Origin: Thainema sp.
Lineage (GTDB): Bacteria; Cyanobacteriota; Cyanobacteriia; Phormidesmidales; Phormidesmidaceae
Assembly (NCBI GenBank): GCA_052168235.1
Contig: JBQLZK010000003.1
Span: 32,001 to 96,000, forward strand
Direction: 5' to 3'
DNA length: 64,000 nucleotides
The position numbers were made by a program, and so were the translations under genes. A model generated the notes under the pieces. It searched no databases and was not told the origin of the DNA. It saw only the letters and a list, made by a program, of their open reading frames with translations. Positions 51,916 to 62,960 of this stretch are shown in pieces (the stretch's first letter is position 1; each line of letters starts with the position of its first letter).

Positions 51916-53157
51916 TTAATAGTCTTCTAGCTTCGAGTGATCAAACTGGGGTTGGACACTGAGCGCAACGCAGACAGCGGCGGCCAAAAATGCGATCGCA
52001 CTGCCAATACCGCTCGTACTCGTCGGAATACTCTCCAACTGTGCAATCGCCACTCCAAAGAGGCTAGAGGCCAAAGCCCCACCGCTGAAATAGATGCCCG
52101 TTCCTAAACCCGCCTTATCCGGCGGCACCAGCGAAAGAGCAAAAGGAATTGTGCTGTTGGAAACGAGACTAAATGCGGCTCCCAGTGCGATCGCAAGTCC
52201 CGCCGCTGTCACCAGGCCCTGCATCAAGATCATCAGTCCGCAAAAAAACGCCATCGCCGCCAGTCCAATCATCATGCCCAAACGATTGCCCAGCCGAGTC
52301 GTGAGCGTGCCTGCTGGTATGGCAGTAACAGCCAAGGCGATAAAGATTAGCCCCACGACCAGGCTAGGATTGTCAACCGCCTGAGCCTGGACGAGCTGGG
52401 GAAAGCTCAGCATCAGCAACCGAAAGCCCAGTCCCACACCCACACCTGCTCCAAAGATGAGGCCCAGTGCTGGAATCGAAACGGGCGGATGTGAGATCGC
52501 GCGGTTTCCATCGGCTTTGTTGGCGGCTGTATCTAAAGGGTTAATCGTGCGATCCGGATCAAACAGGCGCAACGCTCCAGCCGCAACCAGCAGCACAAAC
52601 GAACCCAAGCCAAACGCCACCACCGGCCCGAGCCCGAGGATAAACTCACTCGCCAGTGGCCCCATCGCGCCCGCTACGCCACCCACAAGCGTTAAAATGC
52701 TGGCCGCTTGGGGTAAATGAGTCGCAAAGGCGTAGCGGCCCAGGAGCGACAGGGCGGGGCTACGAAACACCGTCATTGCCAATGCCCAGCTAACTAAAAT
52801 AATCGGCAAAAGCCAGCGGGCTGCGCCGGAATCCCAACCAAAGACTACAGCAAACGGAATCAAAATAAAGCAAACAGCGGCTAATACCACACCCACGGCA
52901 ATCACCGGAAAGCGGCTGCCCACCCACTGCTGCGCTCGATCGGAAAAATTGCCCATCAGCGGCTCCATCACCATTGCCAGCAGGTTTTCCAGCACGAGCA
53001 GCCCCACCGCCAAGCCTCTAGGGAATCCAACCTGGATCAACAAGTCCGCCAGGTACAGGTTATAAATCACCCACATCAGTGCGATCGCACCTTGCACGGC
53101 GGCCAGTCCCCAAACCTGTAGCCACAATACGCGCCGGGAAGAAACAGAAGCAGTCAT
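51916..53157 (-). CDS. MFS transporter
   Basis: About 12 TM helices; GNFSDR motif A; FRSPALSLL. Confidence 0.88.
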   Translation of the reverse strand: MTASVSSRRVLWLQVWGLAAVQGAIALMWVIYNLYLADLLIQVGFPRGLAVGLLVLENLLAMVMEPLMGNFSDRAQQWVGSRFPVIAVGVVLAAVCFILIPFAVVFGWDSGAARWLLPIILVSWALAMTVFRSPALSLLGRYAFATHLPQAASILTLVGGVAGAMGPLASEFILGLGPVVAFGLGSFVLLVAAGALRLFDPDRTINPLDTAANKADGNRAISHPPVSIPALGLIFGAGVGVGLGFRLLMLSFPQLVQAQAVDNPSLVVGLIFIALAVTAIPAGTLTTRLGNRLGMMIGLAAMAFFCGLMILMQGLVTAAGLAIALGAAFSLVSNSTIPFALSLVPPDKAGLGTGIYFSGGALASSLFGVAIAQLESIPTSTSGIGSAIAFLAAAVCVALSVQPQFDHSKLEDY

Positions 53158-53348
53158 AATGCATGTGCCGCTTGACAGTAGGGCTTAGGGGACAATCTTT
53201 ATCCCTCATAGCTGACCTATACCTAACCTGTTTACTTCCACACGAGCAACGCAGCGTAGGAATTTGTCATAGATTTTTTTCATTCAAAGAGGCATATTGC
53301 TGTCGCAATGCGGCAGCAATATGCCTCTTTGGGTTTTTAGGCTTGAGT

Positions 53349-55280
53349 TTAACTCTTGAGGTACTTTTGCAGCGCCTCAGCCATCACCTCAGTCATTGAG
53401 CGATTTTGCCGCATAGCCGCTTCTTTCAGCAGATCGTACAGCTCATCATCCACCGTCACCCGCCGCTTGTGCTTGCGACCCTGCTTAGCCGTGCTGCTCT
53501 TGAGGTGCTGGTCATCCCCCGGCTGATAGCGATCAATGTACTCACGAATCGCATCAAACCCAATCCGCGCACAGAAATCACCAAAGCTTTCTTTGGATTT
53601 GCGCTTTTCGCGGAAAAAGACAAAAATTGGCGTCAGCGTGTCTTCCAGCGTATCAATGTGCATTCGGTCAATAAACGGCTGCGCCAGCCGCGTTTGATTC
53701 GGCGCACCACCCAGCCAGAGCTGATAGGAATCTGGCGCACTGCCCACAAAGCCCAGTTCTGCCATGTAAGGGCGGGCGCAACCATTGGGGCAACCCGTCA
53801 TCCGAATGAAGAACTCTTCTTTCTCTAGGCCAAGCTGGTTCAGCAGCGCCCGCACCCGATCAATCATGCTCGGCAGAATCCGCTCCGACTCCGTGATCGC
53901 CAAACCGCAGGTCGGCAGCGCTGGGCAAGCCATTGAGTAGCGCACCAGCGGATCAATGTCGGTTTCTTTCTTGATACCGTTTTCATCCAGAATGGCCTGG
54001 ATTTTCTTCTTTGCCTTGGGATCAATATCGTAAATAACGATATCGTGATTACCCGTCAGCCGCATCGGCAGATGGAACTGCTGCGTAATCTCACGCAGGG
54101 CCGTCTTCAGCTTCAGATTGGGCCAGTCTGCTACCCGACCGTTCTGGATCGAAATGCCCAAGAACAGCTTGCCGTCACCCTGCTCCTGCCAACCCAGATA
54201 GTCCCGAAATTCGAACTTGGGTAGCTTTTTGAACGGTTCCAGCTCCTTGCCAAAGTACTCTTCCACCTTGGCCCGGAACTTATCAACGCCCCAATCGTGC
54301 AGCAAATACTTCATCCGAGCATGCCGCCGCTGAGCGCGATCGCCATAGTCTCGCTGCGTTGACACGATCGCTTTAATCAGGTCATAAACATCGTCCTTAT
54401 CGACGTAGCCGATTGGATCAGCCAGTCGCGCAAAGGTTTCTTCCTTGTTGTGGGTGCGACCCATGCCGCCACCTGCTAGGACGTTGAAGCCCTTCAGTTT
54501 GCCCTTCTTGCTGGTAATGACAATTAGACCAACGTCTTGGGTATAGACATCAATGGAGTTGTCGCCCGGCACCGTGACCGCGCACTTGAACTTACGGGGC
54601 ATATAGACATCCCCGTAGATTGGCTCCACCGAGTCATGTACAACCGTGCCGTTGCCGTTGCGCTGACGCGCCGCCACGACATCGGGATGCTCCTCAGCGG
54701 TTAAAAACTTCTCGCCATCCAGCCAAATGTCATAATACGCACTGGTTTGAGGCCGCAGTAGGTCGGCAATTCGGTCGGCATAGTCCCGTGCGTAAACATA
54801 CTCCGGCTTGTCCTGAAACGGAGCCGGGGGAGCCATCACGTTGCGGTTCAAATCGCCGCAGGCTCCCAGAGTTGACCCCATGTTTTTAACAATAGTCGCA
54901 ACTGTCTCTTTCAGATTCCGCTTCAGAATGCCGTGAATTTGGAAACCCTGACGCGTAGTGACACGGAGGGTATGGTTGCCAAATCGCTCCGACAGATCAT
55001 CCAGCGCTAAATACAGCTCCGGCGGGATGAATCCGCCCGGATTCCGCGTCCGCAGCATGAACTGGTAGTCCTTCTCCTGCCCCTTGACTCGGTTATCCCG
55101 GTTGTCCTGCTGATATGACCCGTGAAACTTCAGAATTTGGATACCATCGCTCGAAAAGTGGGTGGTATCTTCCAGAATTTCGGTAGCAACGGGTTCGCGC
55201 AAAAAATCGCTGCGCTGCTTGATGCCTTCCATTTTGGAAAGCTTGTCGGGTGCGGACGGTTTCGTTGGAGTGTTAACCAT
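53349..55280 (-). CDS. sir: Ferredoxin-dependent sulfite reductase with C-terminal RHH-like extension
   Basis: [50 protein letters not shown]. Confidence 0.96.
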   Translation of the reverse strand: MVNTPTKPSAPDKLSKMEGIKQRSDFLREPVATEILEDTTHFSSDGIQILKFHGSYQQDNRDNRVKGQEKDYQFMLRTRNPGGFIPPELYLALDDLSERFGNHTLRVTTRQGFQIHGILKRNLKETVATIVKNMGSTLGACGDLNRNVMAPPAPFQDKPEYVYARDYADRIADLLRPQTSAYYDIWLDGEKFLTAEEHPDVVAARQRNGNGTVVHDSVEPIYGDVYMPRKFKCAVTVPGDNSIDVYTQDVGLIVITSKKGKLKGFNVLAGGGMGRTHNKEETFARLADPIGYVDKDDVYDLIKAIVSTQRDYGDRAQRRHARMKYLLHDWGVDKFRAKVEEYFGKELEPFKKLPKFEFRDYLGWQEQGDGKLFLGISIQNGRVADWPNLKLKTALREITQQFHLPMRLTGNHDIVIYDIDPKAKKKIQAILDENGIKKETDIDPLVRYSMACPALPTCGLAITESERILPSMIDRVRALLNQLGLEKEEFFIRMTGCPNGCARPYMAELGFVGSAPDSYQLWLGGAPNQTRLAQPFIDRMHIDTLEDTLTPIFVFFREKRKSKESFGDFCARIGFDAIREYIDRYQPGDDQHLKSSTAKQGRKHKRRVTVDDELYDLLKEAAMRQNRSMTEVMAEALQKYLKS

Positions 55281-55683
55281 TAGTCTAAGCGGGATGATGG
55301 ACGAGCAAGATTATTAACCTACCATCGCAGGCTGCGATCGCAAGGAAACACTTTAAAAGTCTCAAGCTTTCAAGGTCGCTCAATCTGGTAAGTATGAGAA
55401 ACCCCGGTAAATCGGTCGAGATTGCGGTGTATCCCCTTCATCCTAACATCTCTTCTAGTCGAGGTTGAGGAGGATGAGTCGCCAAAGATTGATATTTCAT
55501 ACCCTGATTTCGCTGAGACAATTCCTTTCGCCGAACATCCCAAACCTTAAACGTTCCTTAGGTTCAGTGCCGAGGTGCGGCTGTGCGATCGCAAACGCAA
55601 TTGACGCGCGATAGACTCAGAAGGAAGCTGGCGCTGCTCATGCAGCCCGCTGGCACTGTCCAATTGTTTGGAGCGACGAAATC

Positions 55684-55941
55684 ATGCCCGATTCACTGAT
55701 GTATCAGGAAGAAATGTTTGTTCTGCTTGAGCCAGGTCAACCGGAGCAGTTTCTCGATGCTGAGGAATTAGAAGCCAAACTGACGGACGTCCTGCGCACC
55801 CATCAAGCCGATTTGCCGCGCAGCCTAGCCCGATATGACCAGATTGACGAGCAGGTGAAGCATTTGATCAACACGTCCTGCGAATTTGAAACCGAACCTG
55901 GTCATTTTCTACAGTGGTACGTTGTTCGATTGGAAAAATAG
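55684..55941 (+). CDS. crr7: CRR7 family NDH-1 assembly protein
   Basis: FVLLEPGQPEQFL...SCE...LQWYVVRLEK. Confidence 0.85.
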   Translation: MPDSLMYQEEMFVLLEPGQPEQFLDAEELEAKLTDVLRTHQADLPRSLARYDQIDEQVKHLINTSCEFETEPGHFLQWYVVRLEK

Positions 55942-55972
55942 GAGAAATAATCTATCACCCATTAACAACGTT

Positions 55973-56038
55973 GTAGGGGCGGGTTTAGCCACCAATTATG
56001 GCTTTAAATCGAAATTGACCAACAAAACCCGCCCTTAC
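55973..56038 (+). repeat. GTAG-type REP
   Basis: GTAGGGGCGGGTTT...AAACCCGCCCTTAC between convergent genes. Confidence 0.75.
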
Positions 56039-56057
56039 AAGAGGGTGTAATCCTCAT

Positions 56058-56630
56058 TTAAACCGCTGCGGGTGTACCTGCTGCCTCGGGACTGGTAATC
56101 AGCGACACCTCAACTTTGCCCTCCGTAGGCTGGGTCAAATCTAATCGGATGCCAGGCCCAAAAAAGCGTTCAATGCGATCGCGTTTTTTCTCCCAGGTTT
56201 CAAACGGCATATTCGGCGAATCAAACTCCAAAATCAGCGTATAAGCACCACCAATTTGCGTTTCGCGCACTCCGGTCAAAGTAGGGCGCTCCTCGTCATT
56301 GCGACTTAACCCCAGTGCTTCTAGAGACGTATCTAAATGAACCTCTTGGCCGTAGCGATAGCGAGTAACGTCCTTGCGGATTTGAGTTTGAGTTTGAGTC
56401 GCCTGGGTTTTCCGCAGCTCGAGCACCTCTGGTGAGGTTGGCTCAGTAAACGGCACAGGCTTCAGTTCAGACGCCTTCAGCGCTAACCCGCCCAGCAAAA
56501 TGGGAATGCCGTAAAAGAAACCCACCAGGTTGAGCGTTGCCTGCTCGGCAAAATAGGCCGCAAAACCAATGACGGTCAGAATGCCTCCAACCGTAAGTCC
56601 AATTGCTCCCAGGGGAAATTGACGCAGCAT
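56058..56630 (-). CDS. DUF2854 family membrane protein
   Basis: GFFYGIPILLGGLALK..ELKP, DVTRYRYGQ..HL, FFGPG. Confidence 0.85.
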   Translation of the reverse strand: MLRQFPLGAIGLTVGGILTVIGFAAYFAEQATLNLVGFFYGIPILLGGLALKASELKPVPFTEPTSPEVLELRKTQATQTQTQIRKDVTRYRYGQEVHLDTSLEALGLSRNDEERPTLTGVRETQIGGAYTLILEFDSPNMPFETWEKKRDRIERFFGPGIRLDLTQPTEGKVEVSLITSPEAAGTPAAV

Positions 56631-56768
56631 AGTATGAAGAAAAAATAAATATCGTTGATCAGAATCAGTTAATGATGTCCTGATTCCATCATCCCCTTAA
56701 ATCTGCCCTTATGCCTGTTGTGGATCAAATATTTGGTGAGTCCGGGTCAGTCTCTCGTTAATTTAGGG

Positions 56769-56812
56769 AACGTTCAAACGCTCAACATTCAAACGTGCAA
56801 CGTTCAAACGTT
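56769..56812. repeat. AACGTTCA-type octamer tandem repeat
   Basis: aacgttcaaacgctcaacattcaaacgtgcaacgttcaaacgtt. Confidence 0.7.
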
Positions 56813-56967
56813 AGATTTCGTAAATGGCTCAACCAAAGTAGCGATGGCTGTAAGACACAATCAAAGATAATCACGGTAAATGTTGTGCAGGATTGGTGCG
56901 AATAGTGCGATCGCAGATTTCCTTTTAAGATAAAAACAAATAGCCTGACCCATTACCTAAGATCACT

Positions 56968-57156
56968 ATGGATTTAACCCAAATTCGCGAACGGATTGAA
57001 ATTATTCAGAGCAAGCGCCAAGCTCTGGTCAAGCTTTTAGAACAGCCTAATCTGGGAACCTTACGAATCGATGTCAATCAAGCACTAGAAGAAATGGACG
57101 ATCTGCTCGACGAGTTCGACCGAACCTTCCCAGAAGCAACGGGCAGTCAAATTTAG
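56968..57156 (+). CDS. Small conserved hypothetical protein
   Basis: LEQPNLGTLRIDVNQALEEMDDL..EF..TF; followed by a 23-bp hairpin. Confidence 0.75.
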   Translation: MDLTQIRERIEIIQSKRQALVKLLEQPNLGTLRIDVNQALEEMDDLLDEFDRTFPEATGSQI

Positions 57157-57175
57157 TCAACCGTCTTCAAAAGAG

Positions 57176-57228
57176 GAGGAGGGGCGTTTGATCGCTGTGA
57201 TACAGCGATCAAACGCCCCTCCTCTTTT
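57176..57228 (+). terminator. Perfect 23-bp hairpin with T tract
   Basis: GAGGAGGGGCGTTTGATCGCTGT-GAT-ACAGCGATCAAACGCCCCTCCTC-TTTT. Confidence 0.7.
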
Positions 57229-57390
57229 ATTTCGTCAGCCATTTACAACCCTCCCCCACGATAGATGTTTAACTTTGAGGAGAATTTGAGAATGGAATCG
57301 CGCAAATGACGCGCGAATCAACCGCGTCAATTCGCATCATTTCAGTCACTCAATTTTGTACTTCATCTATAAAACTGTCAGAGGGCAACT

Positions 57391-59226
57391 ATGCGACTAG
57401 GCGCAGCCTGGGTTGGCAATCAAGACTGGGAATTTACCGTTTGGGCACCGCAGCGTCAGCAGGTTGACGTCGAACTACTTACCCCAGAGCCGCGCTGGGT
57501 ACCGATGCAGCCCGCCGAACTAGGACACTGGCAGGTGAAAATTTCAAACTTACCGCCGGATACTCGCTACCGTTATCGCCTCGACGGCACAGACAGCTTT
57601 CCCGATCCGGCTTCTCACTTTCAGCCCGCAGGGCCGCATCAGCCATCCCAAATCGTTTCGCACCATGCATTTGAATGGACAGATCAGGACTGGCAAGGCA
57701 TTCCGCTGGCCGACTACATTATTTACGAACTGCACGTTGGCACATTCACGCCAGAGGGCACATTTGATGCGATTGCAGATCGACTATCCGATCTCAAAGA
57801 GTTAGGCATTAACGCAATTGAAATTATGCCCGTTGCCCAATTTCCGGGCGATCGCAACTGGGGCTATGACGGCACCTACGTCTACGCCGTCCAAAATTCC
57901 TACGGTGGCCCAGAGGGTCTAAAGCGACTGGTCAATGCCTGCCATCAGCAAGGGATCGCTGTCGTCATGGATGTGGTTTACAACCACTTTGGCCCCGAAG
58001 GCAACTATGTCGGCCAGTTTGGGCCATACTTTACCGCCCACTACAAAACCCCTTGGGGCAATGCCGTCAACTTCGACGATGCTGACAGCCCCGGCGTACG
58101 CAACTTTGTGGTTGAAAATGCGCTCTACTGGCTGGAGCAGTATCACATTGACGCCCTGCGCCTGGATGCCGTCCACGCCATTTATGACTACGGAGCTTAT
58201 CACATCCTGGCCGAAATGGCCGATCAGGTGGCGGAGTTGAACCAGCAGAGCCAGTTTCAGCGCTACCTGATTGCTGAGAGCGATTTGAATGACGTAGAGA
58301 TTGTTCGCTCGCGATCGCAGAATGGCCACGGCATGAACGCCCAGTGGAGCGACGACTACCACCACTGCGTTCATACGCTACTGACGGGCGAAAACATCGG
58401 CTATTACCAGGACTTCGGCACCTGCGAGCAACTGGCCAAAGTCTGGCGCAAGAGCTTCGCCTACACCTGGAACTATTCCAACGATCGGCAGCGCTACCAC
58501 GGCAGCGATCCCAGCGAGTGTAATCTCTTTCAGTTCGTCGTCGCCGTCCAGAATCACGACCAGGTCGGCAACCGCATGTTAGGCGAGCGGCTGTCCCATC
58601 TCGTCTCGTTTGAAGCCCAAAAGCTGGCAGCAGCCCTACTCATCCTCGCTCCCGCCATCCCCATGCTGTTCATGGGCGAAGAATATGGAGAAGATGCTCC
58701 CTTCCTCTACTTCATCAGCCACACCGATCTCGATCTCGTCCAAGCCGTCCGCGAAGGCCGCAAACGCGAATTTGAAGCCTTTCACCTCGAAGGCGAACCA
58801 CCCGATGCCGCCAGCCAAGAAGCCTTTCAAACCAGCACGCTGAACTGGGACAAGCGCACCCAAGGTCAACATGGCGTGCTGCTGGAGTTCTATCAAACCC
58901 TGATTCAACTACGGCAAAGTTCACCCGCGCTGAAAAACTGCGATCGCACCTGTCTCGAAGCATCCAGCGATGAAGCTAATCGCGTCCTCGCCCTACGCCG
59001 CTGGCAGGGAGATGAGCAAACGCTCGCTCTCTTCAGCTTCAACGATAATCCCGCCCCCATCCCCACCGACTGGCTAGCCGGACAAACCTGGCAAAAACAG
59101 CTCGATTCCGCCGATTCCCGCTGGAAAGGCAAGGGCTCAACCCTGCCGGAAACATTAACCTCTGATTCTCAGGATTCGCTGACAGTTTCTCCTTGGAGTG
59201 TGGCGGTTTATGGGGGGAAGGGGTAG
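57391..59226 (+). CDS. treZ: Malto-oligosyltrehalose trehalohydrolase
   Basis: IYELHVGTFT, NWGYDG, DVVYNH, LRLDAVHAI, QNHDQVGNR, LFMGEE. Confidence 0.96.
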   Translation: MRLGAAWVGNQDWEFTVWAPQRQQVDVELLTPEPRWVPMQPAELGHWQVKISNLPPDTRYRYRLDGTDSFPDPASHFQPAGPHQPSQIVSHHAFEWTDQDWQGIPLADYIIYELHVGTFTPEGTFDAIADRLSDLKELGINAIEIMPVAQFPGDRNWGYDGTYVYAVQNSYGGPEGLKRLVNACHQQGIAVVMDVVYNHFGPEGNYVGQFGPYFTAHYKTPWGNAVNFDDADSPGVRNFVVENALYWLEQYHIDALRLDAVHAIYDYGAYHILAEMADQVAELNQQSQFQRYLIAESDLNDVEIVRSRSQNGHGMNAQWSDDYHHCVHTLLTGENIGYYQDFGTCEQLAKVWRKSFAYTWNYSNDRQRYHGSDPSECNLFQFVVAVQNHDQVGNRMLGERLSHLVSFEAQKLAAALLILAPAIPMLFMGEEYGEDAPFLYFISHTDLDLVQAVREGRKREFEAFHLEGEPPDAASQEAFQTSTLNWDKRTQGQHGVLLEFYQTLIQLRQSSPALKNCDRTCLEASSDEANRVLALRRWQGDEQTLALFSFNDNPAPIPTDWLAGQTWQKQLDSADSRWKGKGSTLPETLTSDSQDSLTVSPWSVAVYGGKG

Positions 59227-59270
59227 ATATGGAGGCATGTAAAGGGCAGGAAAGCAGGGAGAGAGTCTTT

Positions 59271-59470
59271 GTAGGGTGTGTTGAGCAAAGCGAAACGCAC
59301 CGACAACAATTAACCTGAACTCTTACCACCTACCAATCAACTAAGCTTCCCACTATCAATCCTGAACCTTAATCATCACTATTAACCACTAACCATCACC
59401 CCAATCACCATTAATTATCAACTTTCCATCAACCATCAACTTTTAGAAATCCAACTATCTAGCAACTACT
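59271..59470. repeat. GTAG REP followed by ACCATCA/ACTATTA-type heptamer repeats
   Basis: GTAGGGTGTGTTGAGCAAAGCGAAACGCACC, then a degenerate heptamer array between treZ and treY. Confidence 0.65.
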
Positions 59471-59488
59471 AGGAGTCAGCCAGAGCTT

Positions 59489-62290
59489 ATGCGAATTCCT
59501 GTTGCGACTTATCGAATTCAGTTCAATCTCGACTTTACCTTCAAGGATGCTCATGCGATCGCAACTTACTTGAAGGAACTGGGCATTTCCGATTTATATG
59601 CCTCACCGATTTTTAAGGCTCGTGAGGGCAGTACGCATGGATATGACGTAGTCGATCCGCGTCAGTTCAATCCGGAACTGGGTGGAGAAGAAGCATTTGA
59701 AGCCTTGGTGCAGACGCTGCGGGATCAGGGCATGGGCTGGCTTCAGGACATTGTGCCCAATCACATGGCCTATGATACCCAGAATGAGTTTCTGATGGAC
59801 GTATTGGAAAATGGGCCAGATTCCGAATATTTCAGCTTTTTTGATATTCAGTGGGAGCATCCCTATCCCGATTTGCAGGGCAAGATTCTGACACCGCTGC
59901 TGGGAGACTTCTACGGCAGGTGCTTGGAGCGGGGTGAACTCCAGCTCAGCTATGACGAAGCGGGCTTAGCCGTCAACTACTACAACAACCGATTCCCCCT
60001 GCGCGTCGAGTCCTACTCTGACTTGATTACCTACGATATGGGCCGACTGGCGCGATCGCTAGGACGACAGCATCCCGACTTTATTAAGCTGCTGGGCGTA
60101 CTCTACATGCTGCGGCATTCAATCGCCGATACCACGGGGCAGCAGCGCCGCGATCAGGTTGCCTTTGTCAAAGGCATGCTGTGGGAACTGTATCAGTCCA
60201 ATGAAGAGATTCAGCAGTTTATTGACCATAATCTGGCCTATTTTAACGGCGATGCCAACGATCCCAGCAGCTTTGATCCCCTTGATCGGCTACTGTCTAA
60301 CCAGTTTTTCCGGCTGTCCTTCTGGAAAGTGGGAGCCGAAGAACTTAACTATCGCCGCTTTTTCACGGTCAATGAGCTGATTAGCGTCAATGTGCAAAAG
60401 CAAAATGTCTTTCGCACCACCCATAAACTAATTTGCGAAGCGATTAATCAGGAACAGTTTACGGGTATTCGCATTGACCATATTGACGGGCTATACGATC
60501 CAGAACGCTATCTGCACCAGTTGCGCGATAGTTTAGGCGACGACACCTACATCGTTGTAGAAAAAATTCTGGAACCAGGCGAAACGTTGCCCAACGACTG
60601 GCCGATTCAGGGCACATCCGGTTACGACTTTTTGAACACCGTCAACCGTCTGTTCTGCCAATCGGAAAGCGAAGATGCCCTCACCCGGCTCTACTACCGA
60701 TTTACCGGACTCTACGAGCCTTATAAAGAGCTGGCACTGGAGAAAAAGCAGCTGATTGCCGAGACAAATCTGGCGGGCGATATTGAAAATTTAGCCAATC
60801 AGCTCAAGAGCATTGCCGGACGCTATCGCTACGCCAGTGACTTTACGCTCAACGGTCTGCGGCGCGCAGTGATGGAAGTGCTGGTGCTGTTCCCCATCTA
60901 TCGCACCTACATTACCAATGAGGGCATTGACGAACGCGATCGCACTTACGTTCAGCGCGTGATCCGTCAGGCCAAAGCTCGCCGCCCGCAGCTCACCAAA
61001 GAATTAGACTTCATTCAAAAGCTGTTACTGCTGGAGCATGAAGACTGGCTGACCAAAGAAGAGCGCGATCGCTGGACGCACTTTGTTATGTGGCTCCAGC
61101 AGTTCACTGGGCCGCTGATGGCCAAAGGCATTGAAGACACGCTGCTGTATGTTTACTACCGCTTTACGTCACTCAATGAAGTGGGCGGGTCGCCTGATGA
61201 ATTTGCCATTTCGCTACCCGAATTTCACGCCTTCCACAAATATCAGCGAGAGCATTGGCCCCACGCCCTCAATGCCACCTCAACCCACGACACCAAGCGC
61301 AGCGAGGACATCCGGGCACGGCTCAACGTGCTGTCGGAAATCCCCGACGAATGGGATGTCGAAGTGGAAACCTGGCGCATGTTGAACCATGTCCACAAGC
61401 AAACGGGTGAGGATCGGCTGATTCCCGATGCCAACGACGAGTATTTCCTCTACCAGACCCTGGTCGGCGCACTGCCCTTTGCTCCCTACGACCATGAGAA
61501 TTTCCAAGATCGCATCAAAGACTACGCCGTCAAAGCCGTACGAGAAGCCAAAGTCCACACTGCCTGGCTGCGACCCGATACCGAATATGAAGAAGGATTT
61601 GTCGCCTTCATTGATGGGCTAATGGAACAGCGAGACGACAACGAATTTCTCCAGCGACTTCATGCCTTTAACGAGAAGGTTGCCGCCTACGGCATTTTCA
61701 ACTCCCTCTCCCAACTGCTGATTAAAATTACCGCACCTGGCGTACCCGACATTTACCAGGGCACCGAATTCTGGGACTTGAGCCTGGTCGATCCGGATAA
61801 CCGCCGCCCCGTCGATTACGAACTGCGAGCCAAAGCTCTGCAAAACCTGCGAGATCGCACCGCTGCCGATATGCCTGGATTATTGAAAGAGTTGCGATCG
61901 CAGGCTGCCGACGGTCGCATCAAGCTGTTTTTAATCATGCAGGCACTGGCTGCTCGTACCAAATATGTCGGTATTTTTCAGCAGGGTAGCTATTTACCGA
62001 TCAAGGTCATGGGCGACTATCAGGATCACGTCGTCGCCTTTACTCGCCAGTCTGGCAATCAAGTGGCGCTCACGGTAGTCCCCCGCTTTCTAGTAAAGCT
62101 AGTTCATCCCTCCGAGTTTCCCCTGGGTGATGCTGTTTGGGGCAACACCGCCATCGAGATTCCCAACGGCAACCAAGTCAACTGGATCAACATCATCACG
62201 AATGAATCCCTCTCTGGGCAATCGGTCTTACCCATCTCCCAAATCCTTAACCAATTTCCAGTTGCGTTATTAGTAAGTACACCAAGCTAA
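59489..62290 (+). CDS. treY: Malto-oligosyltrehalose synthase
   Basis: ATYRIQF, GSTHGYDV, DIVPNHM, NYRRFF, RIDHIDGL, STHDTKRSED, LVDPDNRRPVD. Confidence 0.97.
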   Translation: MRIPVATYRIQFNLDFTFKDAHAIATYLKELGISDLYASPIFKAREGSTHGYDVVDPRQFNPELGGEEAFEALVQTLRDQGMGWLQDIVPNHMAYDTQNEFLMDVLENGPDSEYFSFFDIQWEHPYPDLQGKILTPLLGDFYGRCLERGELQLSYDEAGLAVNYYNNRFPLRVESYSDLITYDMGRLARSLGRQHPDFIKLLGVLYMLRHSIADTTGQQRRDQVAFVKGMLWELYQSNEEIQQFIDHNLAYFNGDANDPSSFDPLDRLLSNQFFRLSFWKVGAEELNYRRFFTVNELISVNVQKQNVFRTTHKLICEAINQEQFTGIRIDHIDGLYDPERYLHQLRDSLGDDTYIVVEKILEPGETLPNDWPIQGTSGYDFLNTVNRLFCQSESEDALTRLYYRFTGLYEPYKELALEKKQLIAETNLAGDIENLANQLKSIAGRYRYASDFTLNGLRRAVMEVLVLFPIYRTYITNEGIDERDRTYVQRVIRQAKARRPQLTKELDFIQKLLLLEHEDWLTKEERDRWTHFVMWLQQFTGPLMAKGIEDTLLYVYYRFTSLNEVGGSPDEFAISLPEFHAFHKYQREHWPHALNATSTHDTKRSEDIRARLNVLSEIPDEWDVEVETWRMLNHVHKQTGEDRLIPDANDEYFLYQTLVGALPFAPYDHENFQDRIKDYAVKAVREAKVHTAWLRPDTEYEEGFVAFIDGLMEQRDDNEFLQRLHAFNEKVAAYGIFNSLSQLLIKITAPGVPDIYQGTEFWDLSLVDPDNRRPVDYELRAKALQNLRDRTAADMPGLLKELRSQAADGRIKLFLIMQALAARTKYVGIFQQGSYLPIKVMGDYQDHVVAFTRQSGNQVALTVVPRFLVKLVHPSEFPLGDAVWGNTAIEIPNGNQVNWINIITNESLSGQSVLPISQILNQFPVALLVSTPS

Positions 62291-62325
62291 TTTGGTTGCG
62301 TTGTGATAAACAAGTTCGATATTGG

Positions 62326-62391
62326 GTAGGGGTAGGTTTAGCAGATCAATCTGCACCGTGTCATAAACTTGACGACGAAACCCATCCCTAC
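62326..62391 (+). repeat. GTAG-type REP
   Basis: GTAGGGGTAGGTTT...AAACCCATCCCTAC. Confidence 0.7.
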
Positions 62392-62867
62392 AGTTTGCGG
62401 CTCTATCCAATTCACGCTTTTTGGAGAATTCTCCAATAGCATCAGCAACACGAAAAATAGAAAGGGCTTTACTGCGTGCAGTAAAACCCTTTCTTCGTTA
62501 TAGCCCCAAATTATTCTGACAACGCTGTAGCCAATTCGATCTTACTCCACGCCATAAAACTGTAAGAAATGATACGGATACAGGCTCATATCAACTGATA
62601 CCAAGAAAAATCGAACTAAAGCCATAGTTTTTTGAACATTTCTTGAACCGTCAGCGTTTTCCCTTTTCATTATTTGAATCCTGTGTGAGCTTGGACAAGT
62701 ACATATCAAGTTTGTTTTAAGGGAAATCTCGCAAGGGTTTCTACCGACTGCATAAGTTGCCTTGGCAACAGCATCAACGATGCAAATCGTTCTTTAAAGC
62801 CATTTCTAAATTACAGCTACACAAAGGCTTCGTTGCTCCCACTTGGGGAAAGCCGCTTCGCATCTAC

Positions 62868-62960
62868 TAGTCTGTCAGCTTTGTTTTGATAGTTCCCAGG
62901 GTTGAGGAGTCGCGCAAGGCGCGACTCCTCAACCCTCAATCCAAACCTGACACAGCACTA
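62868..62960. mobile_element. MITE-like element with perfect 18-bp hairpin
   Basis: Left end matches 8178-8197; hairpin at 62898-62936. Confidence 0.55.

Noticed and set aside
57249..57265. Shared stress-gene promoter motif upstream of treZ, hdeD-like, BON and 19959 genes
   Set aside because: Candidate sites align only loosely with inconsistent spacing; not supportable by eye.
59310..59470. Repeat arrays as CRISPR (also 9835-9953, 39875-39924, 44700-44782)
   Set aside because: Units are 7-9 nt or only two copies, with no unique spacers and no cas genes.
62533..62670. Short minus-strand ORF (MKRENADG..., ~42 aa) between treY and treH
   Set aside because: No recognisable motif or RBS, and it lies in a repeat-rich spacer.
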